Source of the DNA: a virus
Taxonomy: Duplodnaviria > Heunggongvirae > Uroviricota > Caudoviricetes
Length of the DNA stretch: 46,229 bases
IMG/VR virus record: IMGVR_UViG_3300027908_000001
Coordinates: 151,167-197,395 of that record
Reading direction: 5' to 3' (one strand)
How positions within the stretch are numbered: position 1 is the first letter of the stretch; every line of letters begins with the position of its first letter. The notes under the pieces are model-generated. The model did not search any database. It was not told where the DNA came from and was given only the letters and a program-made list of their open reading frames with translations. The position numbers and the translations under genes were made by a program. This document shows positions 30,485 through 38,858 of the stretch, in pieces.

Positions 30485-30853
30485 ATGAAAAAGTCCGCTC
30501 TGCAACAAGCCGCCGAGTTATACCAGACCGAACGCCGTCACATGGCCTCCCTTGGCTGGACCGAGGCCGCCTACATCCAGCGCTACGGCACCACCGAGAA
30601 TCCCATCATGGGCGATGGCGGGTCGCTGATTTGGGAAGCTGACCTTGGCGCTCTATTCCGCGCTCGTGACCACTTCTTGGCCGTGCTGCAAAAGGAGATG
30701 TTCGCCCAAAGGGATTGGGAAAAACGATGCCCGCTGGCCAAGGAATTGTGGGACGACCAGTTCATGGGAATTCCCGCGCATCTCGACACGATTCACAGTC
30801 GACGGGCTTATGCGCGCGGATTGGTTGAGTCGATACAGACTTCGTTGACTTGA
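30485..30853 (+). CDS. hypothetical protein opposite to the tRNA array
   Basis: Own + strand promoter at 30403; AAGGA RBS. Confidence 0.65.
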   Translation: MKKSALQQAAELYQTERRHMASLGWTEAAYIQRYGTTENPIMGDGGSLIWEADLGALFRARDHFLAVLQKEMFAQRDWEKRCPLAKELWDDQFMGIPAHLDTIHSRRAYARGLVESIQTSLT

Positions 30854-30855
30854 AA

Positions 30856-30931
30856 TGGTACTCGCGACAGGACTCAAACCTGTATCACACGGTTTAGAGG
30901 ACCGCGACTTTGTTCATTAAGCTACGCGAGC
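30856..30931 (-). tRNA. tRNA-Arg(TCT), C33
   Basis: Loop CCTCTAA, CCA. Confidence 0.85.
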
Positions 30932-30936
30932 AGAAA

Positions 30937-31012
30937 TGGTGGGGTCACTCGGAATCGAACCGAGGGCCGCTCTTTAGGGGAGAGCTATCCTATCCATCTG
31001 GACGATGACCCC
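30937..31012 (-). tRNA. tRNA-Arg(CCT), C33
   Basis: Loop CCCCTAA, CCA. Confidence 0.85.
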
Positions 31013-31017
31013 GAAAT

Positions 31018-31102
31018 TGGTGGCGGCTCCCGGACTTGAACCGGGAAAGGTCAGGGATTTTAAGTCCCCGCGCTGTGCCGTTCGACATTAACCCAAGCCG
31101 CC
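31018..31102 (-). tRNA. tRNA-Leu(TAA), atypical
   Basis: Loop CTTAAAA, expanded D region, short variable loop. Confidence 0.78.
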
Positions 31103-31107
31103 GGAAA

Positions 31108-31185
31108 TGGTAGGCGCGAGTGGATTTGAACCACTAGGCCGCTCATTTTGAGTGAGCGAGGTATGCCAGTTCCCTTCACGCGCCC
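31108..31185 (-). tRNA. tRNA-Leu(CAA), short variable loop
   Basis: Loop CTCAAAA, CCA. Confidence 0.85.
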
Positions 31186-31191
31186 GAAAAA

Positions 31192-31267
31192 TGGTATCCC
31201 CGGCTGGAGTTCAACCAGCGTCCACGGCTTCGGAGGCCGTTACTCTATGCGTCTGAGCTACGGGGAT
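31192..31267 (-). tRNA. tRNA-Arg(CCG)
   Basis: Loop CTCCGAA, CCA. Confidence 0.85.
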
Positions 31268-31756
31268 GTCTTTACTGAAATCTGTCTTGAGCCATTTCCA
31301 TGTTCTGCGACACAATCGGTAAACACCGAAACGGCTTATCCCATAATCTGCGCCTATGGATTTCGGAGACTCACCTGTCGCGGCTCGTCTACGAACCTCG
31401 ATTACATCTTCTGCAGAAAACTTAGCGCTCCCATTTCGAGTTCCGATGACTCTAGTCCATGGCTTGGTTTTAGTGCCATTACGGTCCCCAGTACACCCTC
31501 TGCCCTTGGCGAACATGTCCCGATTGTTCTCTAAACGAGTACCAAGAAAAAGATGGGATGGATTTACACATAGAGGAATATCGCATTTGTGGCAGACGCA
31601 CATCCCGTCCGGTATTTCACCATTGGTCAGGCACCATGCCATCCGGTGGGCATCAATCTTCTTCCCATTAAATCGGAACGCACCGTAGGGCGCTCCTCCT
31701 CCTTGCCAAATCCAACAATCGCTAGACTTGTCTACTTTGCTCCAAAATCTATCCAC
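31211..31756 (-). CDS. HNH homing endonuclease
   Basis: RFWSKVDK..CWIW..AHR..VCHKCDIPLCVNPSHL. Confidence 0.88.
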   Translation of the reverse strand: MDRFWSKVDKSSDCWIWQGGGAPYGAFRFNGKKIDAHRMAWCLTNGEIPDGMCVCHKCDIPLCVNPSHLFLGTRLENNRDMFAKGRGCTGDRNGTKTKPWTRVIGTRNGSAKFSAEDVIEVRRRAATGESPKSIGADYGISRFGVYRLCRRTWKWLKTDFSKDIPVAQTHRVTASEAVDAG

Positions 31757-31802
31757 GCCGCCAATAGTAATAGCCCTGACTGTGATTTTACAATGAAAAA
31801 AG

Positions 31803-31876
31803 TACGTCGGGAGAGATTTGAACTCATCACTTTCCGCGCCCTAAACGCGGTGCCTCTGCCGTTGGGCTACCGACGC
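31803..31876 (-). tRNA. tRNA-Leu(TAG), no encoded CCA
   Basis: Loop TTTAGGG. Confidence 0.8.
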
Positions 31877-31883
31877 ATCAAAT

Positions 31884-31961
31884 TGGTACGCAGGGTGGAA
31901 GTCGAATCCACAGGCCATGGCTTCTGAGGCCATGAGGTATGCCAATTCCCGTCACCTGCGC
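31884..31961 (-). tRNA. tRNA-Leu(CAG), short variable loop
   Basis: Loop CTCAGAA, CCA. Confidence 0.85.
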
Positions 31962-31968
31962 GTCAAAC

Positions 31969-32053
31969 TGGTCCGGTCGGGGAGAATTGAACTCCCAAGG
32001 CTCACAGGCTCTCGACCTGTACCCTCTGCCAGTTCGGGCTTAACCACGACCGG
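31969..32053 (-). tRNA. tRNA-Leu(GAG), atypical, C33
   Basis: Loop TCGAGAG, insertion before the D stem, CCA. Confidence 0.75.
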
Positions 32054-32057
32054 AAAT

Positions 32058-32132
32058 TGGTGGGCTGTCGGGGAATCGGACCCCGGTCTGACGATTAAGA
32101 GTCGCCTGCTTCGCCATCAAAGCTTACAGCCC
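32058..32132 (-). tRNA. tRNA-Lys(CTT)
   Basis: Loop CTCTTAA, CCA. Confidence 0.88.
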
Positions 32133-32137
32133 AAAAT

Positions 32138-32212
32138 TGGTGGGAGAGGCCGGACTCGAACCGGCAGCCGACCGCGTATGAAACGGTTGCACCGCCATTG
32201 TGCTACACTCCC
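32138..32212 (-). tRNA. tRNA-Met or Ile2 (CAT)
   Basis: Loop TTCATAC, CCA. Confidence 0.85.
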
Positions 32213-32216
32213 GAAA

Positions 32217-32293
32217 TGGTGCGAGCGCCGGAATTTGAATCCGGGTATCCCGATTGGCAACCGGGCGCACTAGCCAGACTGTGCTACACTCGC
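32217..32293 (-). tRNA. tRNA-Gly(GCC)
   Basis: Loop TTGCCAA, CCA. Confidence 0.88.
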
Positions 32294-32302
32294 AAAAATT
32301 AT

Positions 32303-32665
32303 CTACCAAGCCGTGCAACACCGTCGAAGCCCGCGGCGCGCGTTCTCAAGTTCTGTGTCCACCGAATCCAGATTCTCCGAAACGCTCTGGAACTTCTTGG
32401 CATTGAAATCTTCGGCCAGCACGCATTCAGTGAGTTTCTGCAATAGCGCCCATGACCGGCGATAAAGCTTATTGGCTGTCTTCTTGGCGTCCTGATGTTG
32501 TGGGCAACTGAGAATGTCTGTCAGACCATAAAGTATCGGCGACGGGCCGGTTACTGATTCTGCATATCTGACATCACTGCGATGGTCCTGCTCCTTGGAA
32601 ACGGTACGAATGACCAAGCGAATCTCATCGTCGGAAACTGCATTTAGTTGTGACTGGGTAATCAT
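32303..32665 (-). CDS. hypothetical protein
   Basis: ATGA coupling. Confidence 0.55.
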   Translation of the reverse strand: MITQSQLNAVSDDEIRLVIRTVSKEQDHRSDVRYAESVTGPSPILYGLTDILSCPQHQDAKKTANKLYRRSWALLQKLTECVLAEDFNAKKFQSVSENLDSVDTELENARRGLRRCCTAW

Positions 32666-33033
32666 CGGCTCCAACTCCACAGCCGCTTGATGTCCTGCCA
32701 CCACGTCAGCCGCGCTGGCGCGTTCGGGGCGGTCGGTGTGGCAAACGTCTTGGCGGCGCTGCGAGCACGGGCGGCGGCGATGGCTTTCAGGTCCTCGCTC
32801 TTGATGGAGTCGGCCAGCGATAACAATGTCCTCGCCACCTCGTCCAGTGCCGGTCTGTTTTCCGGCTTCTGCATTCCCCACACTGACAGGGCGACGCAAA
32901 GCTGTTCGATGTCTACGAATATTTGATAATCCGTACCTCCGCCGATGCGGGCAATTGTCCTTACATACGTTCCAAGCTCGGGAACGATGTCGTCGGCTTC
33001 CTTTGACTCCACTCGTGTGCTTTCTTGTTCCAT
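32662..33033 (-). CDS. hypothetical protein
   Basis: ORF directly after tRNA-Arg. Confidence 0.55.
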   Translation of the reverse strand: MEQESTRVESKEADDIVPELGTYVRTIARIGGGTDYQIFVDIEQLCVALSVWGMQKPENRPALDEVARTLLSLADSIKSEDLKAIAAARARSAAKTFATPTAPNAPARLTWWQDIKRLWSWSR

Positions 33034-33037
33034 AAAA

Positions 33038-33114
33038 TGGTACGCCCGGAGGGAGTTAAACCCACAACCTTGAGTTCCGTAGACTCACGCTCTATTCAGT
33101 TGAGCTACGGGCGC
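33038..33114 (-). tRNA. tRNA-Arg(ACG)
   Basis: Loop CTACGGA, CCA. Confidence 0.88.
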
Positions 33115-33126
33115 ATCCGTAAAATT

Positions 33127-33208
33127 TGAATTCGTGGATGGGTCCAACCGCGGGGAACCGGTTACAGTTGGCGCTACCCGGCAGTCCCGACTTTTCCCAT
33201 CCACGAAA
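33127..33208 (-). ncRNA. stem-closed small RNA, AAUUCA 3' end
   Basis: 12-bp terminal stem between two tRNAs. Confidence 0.5.
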
Positions 33209-33209
33209 T

Positions 33210-33285
33210 TGGTGGAGGTGGCCGGACTTGAACCGCGCAGCCTACGCTTTGCAAAAGCGCCGCTCTACCTTGGAGCTACACCCCC
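33210..33285 (-). tRNA. tRNA-Ala(TGC)
   Basis: G3.U70, loop TTTGCAA, CCA. Confidence 0.88.
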
Positions 33286-33292
33286 GAAATTG

Positions 33293-33565
33293 TTACACTT
33301 TATCCGGCTTGCCGACCCGGTATTCGCCGAGGCAGTTATCCACGTCGTCCCGGTCTTTGTCGAGTTCTTCCAGCGGCACGCCATTGGCGAGCAGGAATCC
33401 ACCAAATTGCGTCCGCGTGACCATCGCGGCGTCCCGTCGCTCCTTAATTACTGCGAGCTTCTTTTCTACCCGCGCAATTTCTCGGTCGCCCTCAGCCACC
33501 CAGACGCAGGCATACCGGTGCTTTTCGCGAATCGCATCCATTACGGTCTTGGAAATATCTGTCAT
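33293..33565 (-). CDS. hypothetical protein
   Basis: GAGG RBS. Confidence 0.6.
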   Translation of the reverse strand: MTDISKTVMDAIREKHRYACVWVAEGDREIARVEKKLAVIKERRDAAMVTRTQFGGFLLANGVPLEELDKDRDDVDNCLGEYRVGKPDKV

Positions 33566-33707
33566 GTCATCCTCTCTTGGTCTTTTTCTTGCGACCATAC
33601 CGCCGAGGCTTACCATCTAGCCCAAAGCCGAATTGCTTGCGGTAGGCAGCCGCCGCGCGAAGAGCCGAAGCCTTGTTGGGGAACCTGCAATGCGTCGGCG
33701 AAGCCAT

Positions 33708-34319
33708 TCAGTATGTCCTCAACACCGGCCGCGTATCGTAGTACACGTTCCGTTTCTTCCCGGTCTCGATGAACTCGGAGGCCACCAGCGCCGCGTTGGC
33801 CGTGAGTCCCATGATGAAGCTGCGGGCGCGCGGCAACTGACAGACATCGATGGCGGCGTCGCTGGCGTGCTCCTTCATCGGCGTGAACACGGCATCCCAG
33901 ACCGCCTCGCCGGTCAACTGGCCGGAGAACCCGACGTGGAGGACAGAGCATCCCTTGCACAGGTCGATGAATAAATTCCGGCTCCGCGCATTGTCGAACG
34001 CATCTATCAAGACCGCGGTTTCGTCATAACCGGGTCCGTGGATGATGTCGTACAAGTTGCCTGATACAAGAATGCGCTTGTTGACCGCCTCAATCCGTTT
34101 CCCGAACTGCTGCTGGATAATGCGCTGGATGGCCTGCACTTTCGGTCGGCCCACATCAGCCTTGGTGTACGGCTGCGTACCGGCCTGATAGTTGCGCGGC
34201 TCGACCACGTCGCTGTCGACGCAGGTGTAACTCAGGTCCGGGTACGTGGCGACCAGATTCAGGAACACGTTGCTCCCGGCGGCTCCGACTCCAAAGATGA
34301 TGACGTGGTCGATGGTCAT
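33708..34319 (-). CDS. ThiF/E1-like adenylyltransferase
   Basis: GVGAAG; D.DVVEPRN; DVGRPKV; DAFDN..SR; candidate catalytic Cys in IDVCQLP. Confidence 0.88.
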   Translation of the reverse strand: MTIDHVIIFGVGAAGSNVFLNLVATYPDLSYTCVDSDVVEPRNYQAGTQPYTKADVGRPKVQAIQRIIQQQFGKRIEAVNKRILVSGNLYDIIHGPGYDETAVLIDAFDNARSRNLFIDLCKGCSVLHVGFSGQLTGEAVWDAVFTPMKEHASDAAIDVCQLPRARSFIMGLTANAALVASEFIETGKKRNVYYDTRPVLRTY

Positions 34320-34549
34320 CGCAAGCTCTTTGGATATTCGCCGGTGACCACCATCCGCGCGATGGACATTCTCCATTCCTCGTTGATGTCGGCGGATTGC
34401 AGTCCCCACATCGTGGCGATACTGGCCTCTTCGTGGCCTTCTCGGAACGCGCGCTCAATCAAGGTGCAAACAACATCCGCTGGCATATTGTCGGTAACGA
34501 CGATGTTTTTGGTGAGCGGCGCTTTGAATTCCAAGTCAGCGTGTTGCAT
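34316..34549 (-). CDS. hypothetical protein
   Basis: Coupled to the E1 gene; promoter directly upstream. Confidence 0.6.
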   Translation of the reverse strand: MQHADLEFKAPLTKNIVVTDNMPADVVCTLIERAFREGHEEASIATMWGLQSADINEEWRMSIARMVVTGEYPKSLR

Positions 34550-34556
34550 GCCGCGC

Positions 34557-34586
34557 ACGGTATCGCGATTCGCGCAGTGTTGTCAA
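34557..34586 (-). promoter_or_regulatory. promoter with operator (34564-34574), drives the E1 unit
   Basis: TTGACA-18-TACCGT. Confidence 0.7.
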
Positions 34587-34589
34587 CGG

Positions 34590-34625
34590 AAAAAGAAAGA
34601 GCCGGGCGATTGTTCCCGGCTCTCT
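34590..34625 (-). terminator. intrinsic terminator of the fMet/Y-like RNA operon
   Basis: AGAGCCGGG/CCCGGCTCT hairpin followed by TTCTTTTT. Confidence 0.8.
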
Positions 34626-34630
34626 CGAAA

Positions 34631-34767
34631 TGAATTAGCAGTCGAATATGAAACGAGTTTTACCGTTGCAGCAGCGGGATTTGACTCCCGCAACCTTTGG
34701 ATTAGTATTCCAATGCTCTACCATTGAGCTATGTTGCGTGTACCTCGATTCGGGTGGCGACCGCTAA
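34631..34767 (-). ncRNA. Y-RNA-like RNA 3: tRNA cloverleaf enclosed by a long terminal stem
   Basis: 5' TTAGCGGTCG pairs with 3' CGACTGCTAA; D, anticodon and T arms inside; no CCA. Confidence 0.7.
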
Positions 34768-34769
34768 AT

Positions 34770-34899
34770 TGGCGGCCCGTGGTACGTGTCAAGTACCAAC
34801 TGCGAGTTCCGATTACTCGTGCTTGTAAATGATGTTCATGAGGCGACCGATTGCTCAGTCGAAGGCGAACCCATTGTGTTGACTTTTAGCTTACGGGCC
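34770..34899 (-). ncRNA. tRNA-like RNA 2 (Y-RNA-like candidate)
   Basis: Acceptor GGCCCGT/ACGGGCC, T arm, GCCA end, helix TTCGACTGA-GCAA-TCGGTCGCC. Confidence 0.65.
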
Positions 34900-34904
34900 G
34901 AAAT

Positions 34905-35014
34905 TGGTGGAGGGGAGTCTTATGAGGACTGTCCGCTTGCGCGGGGCATGTATGCAAAAACCGCGGCGACCGCTCACGCAGTCGAATGTGTATCTGCCTA
35001 TTGCACTTCCCCCC
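34905..35014 (-). ncRNA. tRNA-like RNA 1 (Y-RNA-like candidate)
   Basis: G-rich acceptor with G3.U, ACCA end, internal helix TTCGACTGC-GTGA-GCGGTCGCC. Confidence 0.65.
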
Positions 35015-35021
35015 ACTAGAT

Positions 35022-35101
35022 TGGTCGCAGGAGCGCGGATTTGAACCACGCGGTCTCCGGGTTATGAGCCCAGTGTAGAACGACCTCTCTACTGTCCTGC
35101 A
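35022..35101 (-). tRNA. tRNA-fMet(CAT), atypical
   Basis: Three G-C pairs closing the CTCATAA loop; weak 1-72 pair; CCA. Confidence 0.8.
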
Positions 35102-35116
35102 ATCTCTAAAAATGTC

Positions 35117-35179
35117 CAAAGAACAAACTGCCAAATCGTGTAACGCGCTACCTATACGGCCTGTGCGCGCCGGAGTCAA
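35117..35179 (-). promoter_or_regulatory. promoter without operator, plus boxA-like element, for the RNA operon
   Basis: TTGACT-17-TATAGG; TTGTTCTTTG at 35117-35126. Confidence 0.7.
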
Positions 35180-35199
35180 CAACTATTTCAGAAATATTT

Positions 35200-35955
35200 T
35201 CATTGCCGTGTCCGGTGAATGTAACTGCCTTCCTCGACGTAGGTCTTGAGCAGGTTCGGTAAGCTGCGCGCCGATTGGCTCCGGTCCCCGCCCGAGGTGC
35301 AGAACCCGGCTTCCATCACCCTAAAATCCTTGGAGAGCACCGTGTTGATGGTGTGCCCCGATAACTTCCAGACCACTTCGTACCCGTCGTGGCGCGGCGT
35401 GATGCGCGTCACCATGGCTCCCGAGGCGGCCATGCTGGACTTGATGACCGCGACCGGTTCTTCGGCCAGTTTCTTGCGGCGTTCGATAAGGTGGAAGCCT
35501 ATGGCCACACGAATCGCTGGCGTGGCACCCTTCCATTCGATGACGCGCGTGCCCGGTCTGACATTCGCCATGGCAGCGGCAACATCGGTCAGCACGTAAT
35601 CCGTAGCATCGTGAATCGTTTGCAGGTAGTACAGAAACTTCCCGCGCACGGCGACCACCTCGATATACTCGAACTCACCGAATTGGCCGTCCACGACTTC
35701 CAGCGGGAGATTCGGGTACTTCACCGGCTGGTCCGGCACTATGCCGCTGTGGAAGCTGACGCCGCGAATCACCTGCATGGTGGAATACTTCCGGAACGCG
35801 GCGATGGCGTCGGTCAGATTGGCCGGTTCAAATGTAGCCAGCGGATTGGTAGCGCTCGGGTCCATTGAGTACACGCCATTGCCCGCGACATCCAGCGCCT
35901 TGCATTCAGCCCGCTCGCCGTAGAATACGCCGTCTTTGACGATGCCGAAAATCAC
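35200..35955 (-). CDS. uncharacterised protein, candidate E2-equivalent thioester carrier
   Basis: Coupled to JAB; C-terminal EAGFCTSGGD Cys motif; function is inferred. Confidence 0.6.
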   Translation of the reverse strand: MIFGIVKDGVFYGERAECKALDVAGNGVYSMDPSATNPLATFEPANLTDAIAAFRKYSTMQVIRGVSFHSGIVPDQPVKYPNLPLEVVDGQFGEFEYIEVVAVRGKFLYYLQTIHDATDYVLTDVAAAMANVRPGTRVIEWKGATPAIRVAIGFHLIERRKKLAEEPVAVIKSSMAASGAMVTRITPRHDGYEVVWKLSGHTINTVLSKDFRVMEAGFCTSGGDRSQSARSLPNLLKTYVEEGSYIHRTRQ

Positions 35956-36368
35956 GGAATGACCTCATCGTTGTAACTGTACCGAATCACCTCTTTCATG
36001 TCTGACATGAAATCCGAATCCCCTATGCCGCACCAGTCGCCGAATCCTACTTCCAAAATCATCCGCGAGACGCACAAGTAATCGCAGTATTCGCCGTTGC
36101 AGTACACCGTGAACCAGACCGGCATGCCGAGCGCCAGTGACCAGCCGAACAGCATATTGCGGTCGGTCGAGGACATTCGTTCCACGCCATGCGGATGCGT
36201 ATGAAACATGAACGCCATTGTGGGCCGAGGCTTGGAATCCCGCACGACCGGCCAGATGGCGTCCCAATCGAAATTCACCGAGCCGGTGCTATCGTCCGAG
36301 CCGAGCCAGATGCGGCCAGTCTCGGGCGTCCAGAAAGCTGCGACCTCGCGCTGGAAGATGTCGCCCAT
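35952..36368 (-). CDS. JAB/MPN+ metallopeptidase
   Basis: E..HTHPHGVERMSSTD matches HxHx7SxxD. Confidence 0.82.
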   Translation of the reverse strand: MGDIFQREVAAFWTPETGRIWLGSDDSTGSVNFDWDAIWPVVRDSKPRPTMAFMFHTHPHGVERMSSTDRNMLFGWSLALGMPVWFTVYCNGEYCDYLCVSRMILEVGFGDWCGIGDSDFMSDMKEVIRYSYNDEVIP

Positions 36369-36369
36369 G

Positions 36370-36513
36370 CTACAGGCTCGCCAGCACCAAGAATATGAAT
36401 ACCACGGCGGCACCGATAGTAGCTACCGCTATGATGGTGAAGCAGACCGGATGGGCCATGAACGAAACTTCAAACCCATAGTCAGCCGTTACAGCCAAAA
36501 GCAACGCCTTCAT
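36370..36513 (-). CDS. small TM protein (47 aa)
   Basis: ATGA-coupled to the vWA gene; hydrophobic C-terminus. Confidence 0.5.
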   Translation of the reverse strand: MKALLLAVTADYGFEVSFMAHPVCFTIIAVATIGAAVVFIFLVLASL

Positions 36514-38129
36514 TTCGCCTCCACCTCACCCCACCACCGGGGCAACGGCGGCAATGGCGTATCGAGAATATCCTCGATGATAGCCAACTCGCCGACGACC
36601 GCGTTGCGGACGCTCTGAGCGACAAGCGCGGATTCGGACAGAGATTCCGGCGTCATCACGGCGACTGGAATGCTCAGCGCCCGGAGCATGTTCGCCAGTA
36701 CGTCCGACTTGCAGCCCATGTGGACAATGATGGCGGCGCGCGGCTTCGGCAAATGACCGACCCGACCCACAATCGTGTGCTCGTTGCCAGCCGTGTTCTG
36801 GCCGTCGGTCACGTAGACATCGATGTCTGCGCCGAACTTCCGCGCGTCCTCGTAGAGCGCGAAGCAGTCCGTGCCGCCACCAGCCACGACCCCGAACAGC
36901 TTCTGGTGGAATCCGTCCTTGGTGAACTTGGTCGGCACCTCCAGCTTGCGCGCGCGGTCCGAGAACGTCCCCCAGCGGAAGTTTACCGCCGGGTCATCCA
37001 CGCACTCGGCGAAGATAGCGCCCCGGTCTTTGGCGACTTCCAGCGCGCCTTGCATCGAACCAGAGACATCGATGTGCATATAAATCTTGCCAATCTTGGA
37101 CAGGTTGGCCTGCCGCTTGCGCTTGGTGCTCCGAACGTCCGCCATGGCAGTCTTGTCGCTCGCCGTGGCGTCGGCGGTCAACGTATCGAGCCGGTCCACC
37201 GCGGTCGTGGCGTCTTGCACCTTGTCCTTAAACAATTCCAGTATCTCCGGCACGTCCAGATAACCGTTACGCGCGAACCAGCGGTAAACAATGATGGCTT
37301 GGTTGCCGGTAGAAATATCGAGTAGCGCCTTGGCGACTTTCGGCGTCATCTTCTTGCGCGGGATGATGGACATGGCCATCGGTGCCGACATCTTACCTTT
37401 GCCGAGTTCCTCGATGATTTCGGATGGACTCATTTTCTCGAAGTCCGGCAGCTTGAAATACTTGATATCGCGCTTCACCTTCGTGCCATCGGCCAGCTTG
37501 GTGCTGAGCGCGCGCCAGTTCAGTATGGCTGCGGCATCGTCCGAAGGATTGACGTGGCAGAGCAGATAAATCTTCTTCATCTTCTCGGACAACCCGTTCA
37601 GCCGGATTCCCATGAGCATGTCCGGATGCGCCTCGCGGTAACGGAGATACTTCACCATCGCGCGCCTCAGACCGGGCGAGAAATGACGGGCTTCGTCGAG
37701 CAGACCGGGCACGCCGAACTTCATTCGGGCAAAACTTCCGACGCGGAGCGCCAGATGTGGGTCGAGTTCCTGCAGGAGTATGGCGCTGACTTGCCGGAGG
37801 TTCGGCTTCGTCAACTTCGACCCCTTGAAAAACACCTGTCCATCGCCGTCGTTGAGCGAGTTGAAATAGACCGCCAACACCTTCAAATCTTTCGAGTCAC
37901 CCTTGAACGACCACGCACAGAGATGTGCCATGAAAATCGGGTCGTGCTTGGCCAAGTCGGTGAACAGCGCGCAGGCTTCGAGCCACTTGTCCATCTGCAA
38001 CTTGCCCTTGGAATACAAATGCCCACAAGCAGCGGTCAACAGTTTGAATATGGCCAGACGCTTGTCGTCACTGTACTCCGGCAAAATGGTTGGTTGCGTG
38101 GTTCGGCGTGTCGCGATTCGAGTTGTCAT
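36510..38129 (-). CDS. Ro60/TROVE-like helical domain plus vWA domain protein
   Basis: C-terminal vWA with MIDAS DVSGS, GGTD, VTDG (firm); basic helical N-domain with DPIF motif (TROVE call is inferred). Confidence 0.75.
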   Translation of the reverse strand: MTTRIATRRTTQPTILPEYSDDKRLAIFKLLTAACGHLYSKGKLQMDKWLEACALFTDLAKHDPIFMAHLCAWSFKGDSKDLKVLAVYFNSLNDGDGQVFFKGSKLTKPNLRQVSAILLQELDPHLALRVGSFARMKFGVPGLLDEARHFSPGLRRAMVKYLRYREAHPDMLMGIRLNGLSEKMKKIYLLCHVNPSDDAAAILNWRALSTKLADGTKVKRDIKYFKLPDFEKMSPSEIIEELGKGKMSAPMAMSIIPRKKMTPKVAKALLDISTGNQAIIVYRWFARNGYLDVPEILELFKDKVQDATTAVDRLDTLTADATASDKTAMADVRSTKRKRQANLSKIGKIYMHIDVSGSMQGALEVAKDRGAIFAECVDDPAVNFRWGTFSDRARKLEVPTKFTKDGFHQKLFGVVAGGGTDCFALYEDARKFGADIDVYVTDGQNTAGNEHTIVGRVGHLPKPRAAIIVHMGCKSDVLANMLRALSIPVAVMTPESLSESALVAQSVRNAVVGELAIIEDILDTPLPPLPRWWGEVEAK

Positions 38130-38158
38130 ATCCTTGGCTCCTTGGTGCCGCGAATCTC

Positions 38159-38572
38159 TCACTTCAATGATGCGATGTCAAACACTATTCCACGACAATA
38201 CGGTTTTCCGTCCTCGACAATCTCGAAGTTGTCGTGTGGTATGGCCGTCTTATACGTCCACGAGTAATCGCCTTCCTTGCACCACAGCGCTTCAATCTTC
38301 TTGGCCTTCTTCTTGGCCTCGGCGAACCCGCACCACTTGCATTCGCAATCCTCGTGCCCTTCCAGCGGACCTTCCGCCGTGACAAACACGTCTCCACCAT
38401 CGTTCGGGGGATAGCATTCATCGTTGATAGCGCCCTCGAACTCCATGAGGTCATCCGATGCGCCGTACACGACCACCAGTCCGGCAGCCTTGGCCTCGGC
38501 AATTTCGGCCTTGGTCATCTCGAATGGATACTCGCGGCCAGTAAGTTTTGCGGCAAGCTGTTCTTTATTCAT
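38159..38572 (-). CDS. conserved phage hypothetical protein
   Basis: GLVVVYGASDDLMEFEGA..YCRGIVF. Confidence 0.8.
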   Translation of the reverse strand: MNKEQLAAKLTGREYPFEMTKAEIAEAKAAGLVVVYGASDDLMEFEGAINDECYPPNDGGDVFVTAEGPLEGHEDCECKWCGFAEAKKKAKKIEALWCKEGDYSWTYKTAIPHDNFEIVEDGKPYCRGIVFDIASLK

Positions 38573-38573
38573 A

Positions 38574-38858
38574 TTATTTCCACCATGTCACGATTACACC
38601 ACCGGTTACATACTGCCCGGAAGCCTTCATGGACGTACCTCCAGCGGTGAAACGAACCATCCATTCGCAAGGCACGCCCATTTCTTGGAAAGATATTTTG
38701 GCAACCTTCCCCCACCCGAGCGTTTTGCCCAGTTCTTTCAAGGCAGCTTCGACTGTCCTGCCTACAGCGTAAATCTCCAGCACAAAGCTGCGGCGAAAAT
38801 CATCTTGTTTTCGCTTCTGGAATCGCCTGCCCATGATGTCGTAGACCTTGTCGCTCAC
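38574..38858 (-). CDS. hypothetical protein
   Basis: GTG start, GGAGG RBS. Confidence 0.6.
   Translation of the reverse strand: MSDKVYDIMGRRFQKRKQDDFRRSFVLEIYAVGRTVEAALKELGKTLGWGKVAKISFQEMGVPCEWMVRFTAGGTSMKASGQYVTGGVIVTWWK

Noticed and set aside
30856-31012. Amber suppressor reading (CTA) of the loops CCTCTAA and CCCCTAA
   Set aside because: Stem pairing fixes the anticodons as TCT and CCT; TAG ends intact genes here, so there is no sign of recoding
34660-34737. Ordinary tRNA-Ser(ACT)
   Set aside because: No CCA, no long variable arm, mismatched acceptor; better explained as a domain of Y-like RNA 3
38112-38122. Operator-like CGCGATTCGAG at the start of the vWA gene
   Set aside because: Inside coding sequence with no matching promoter; not counted
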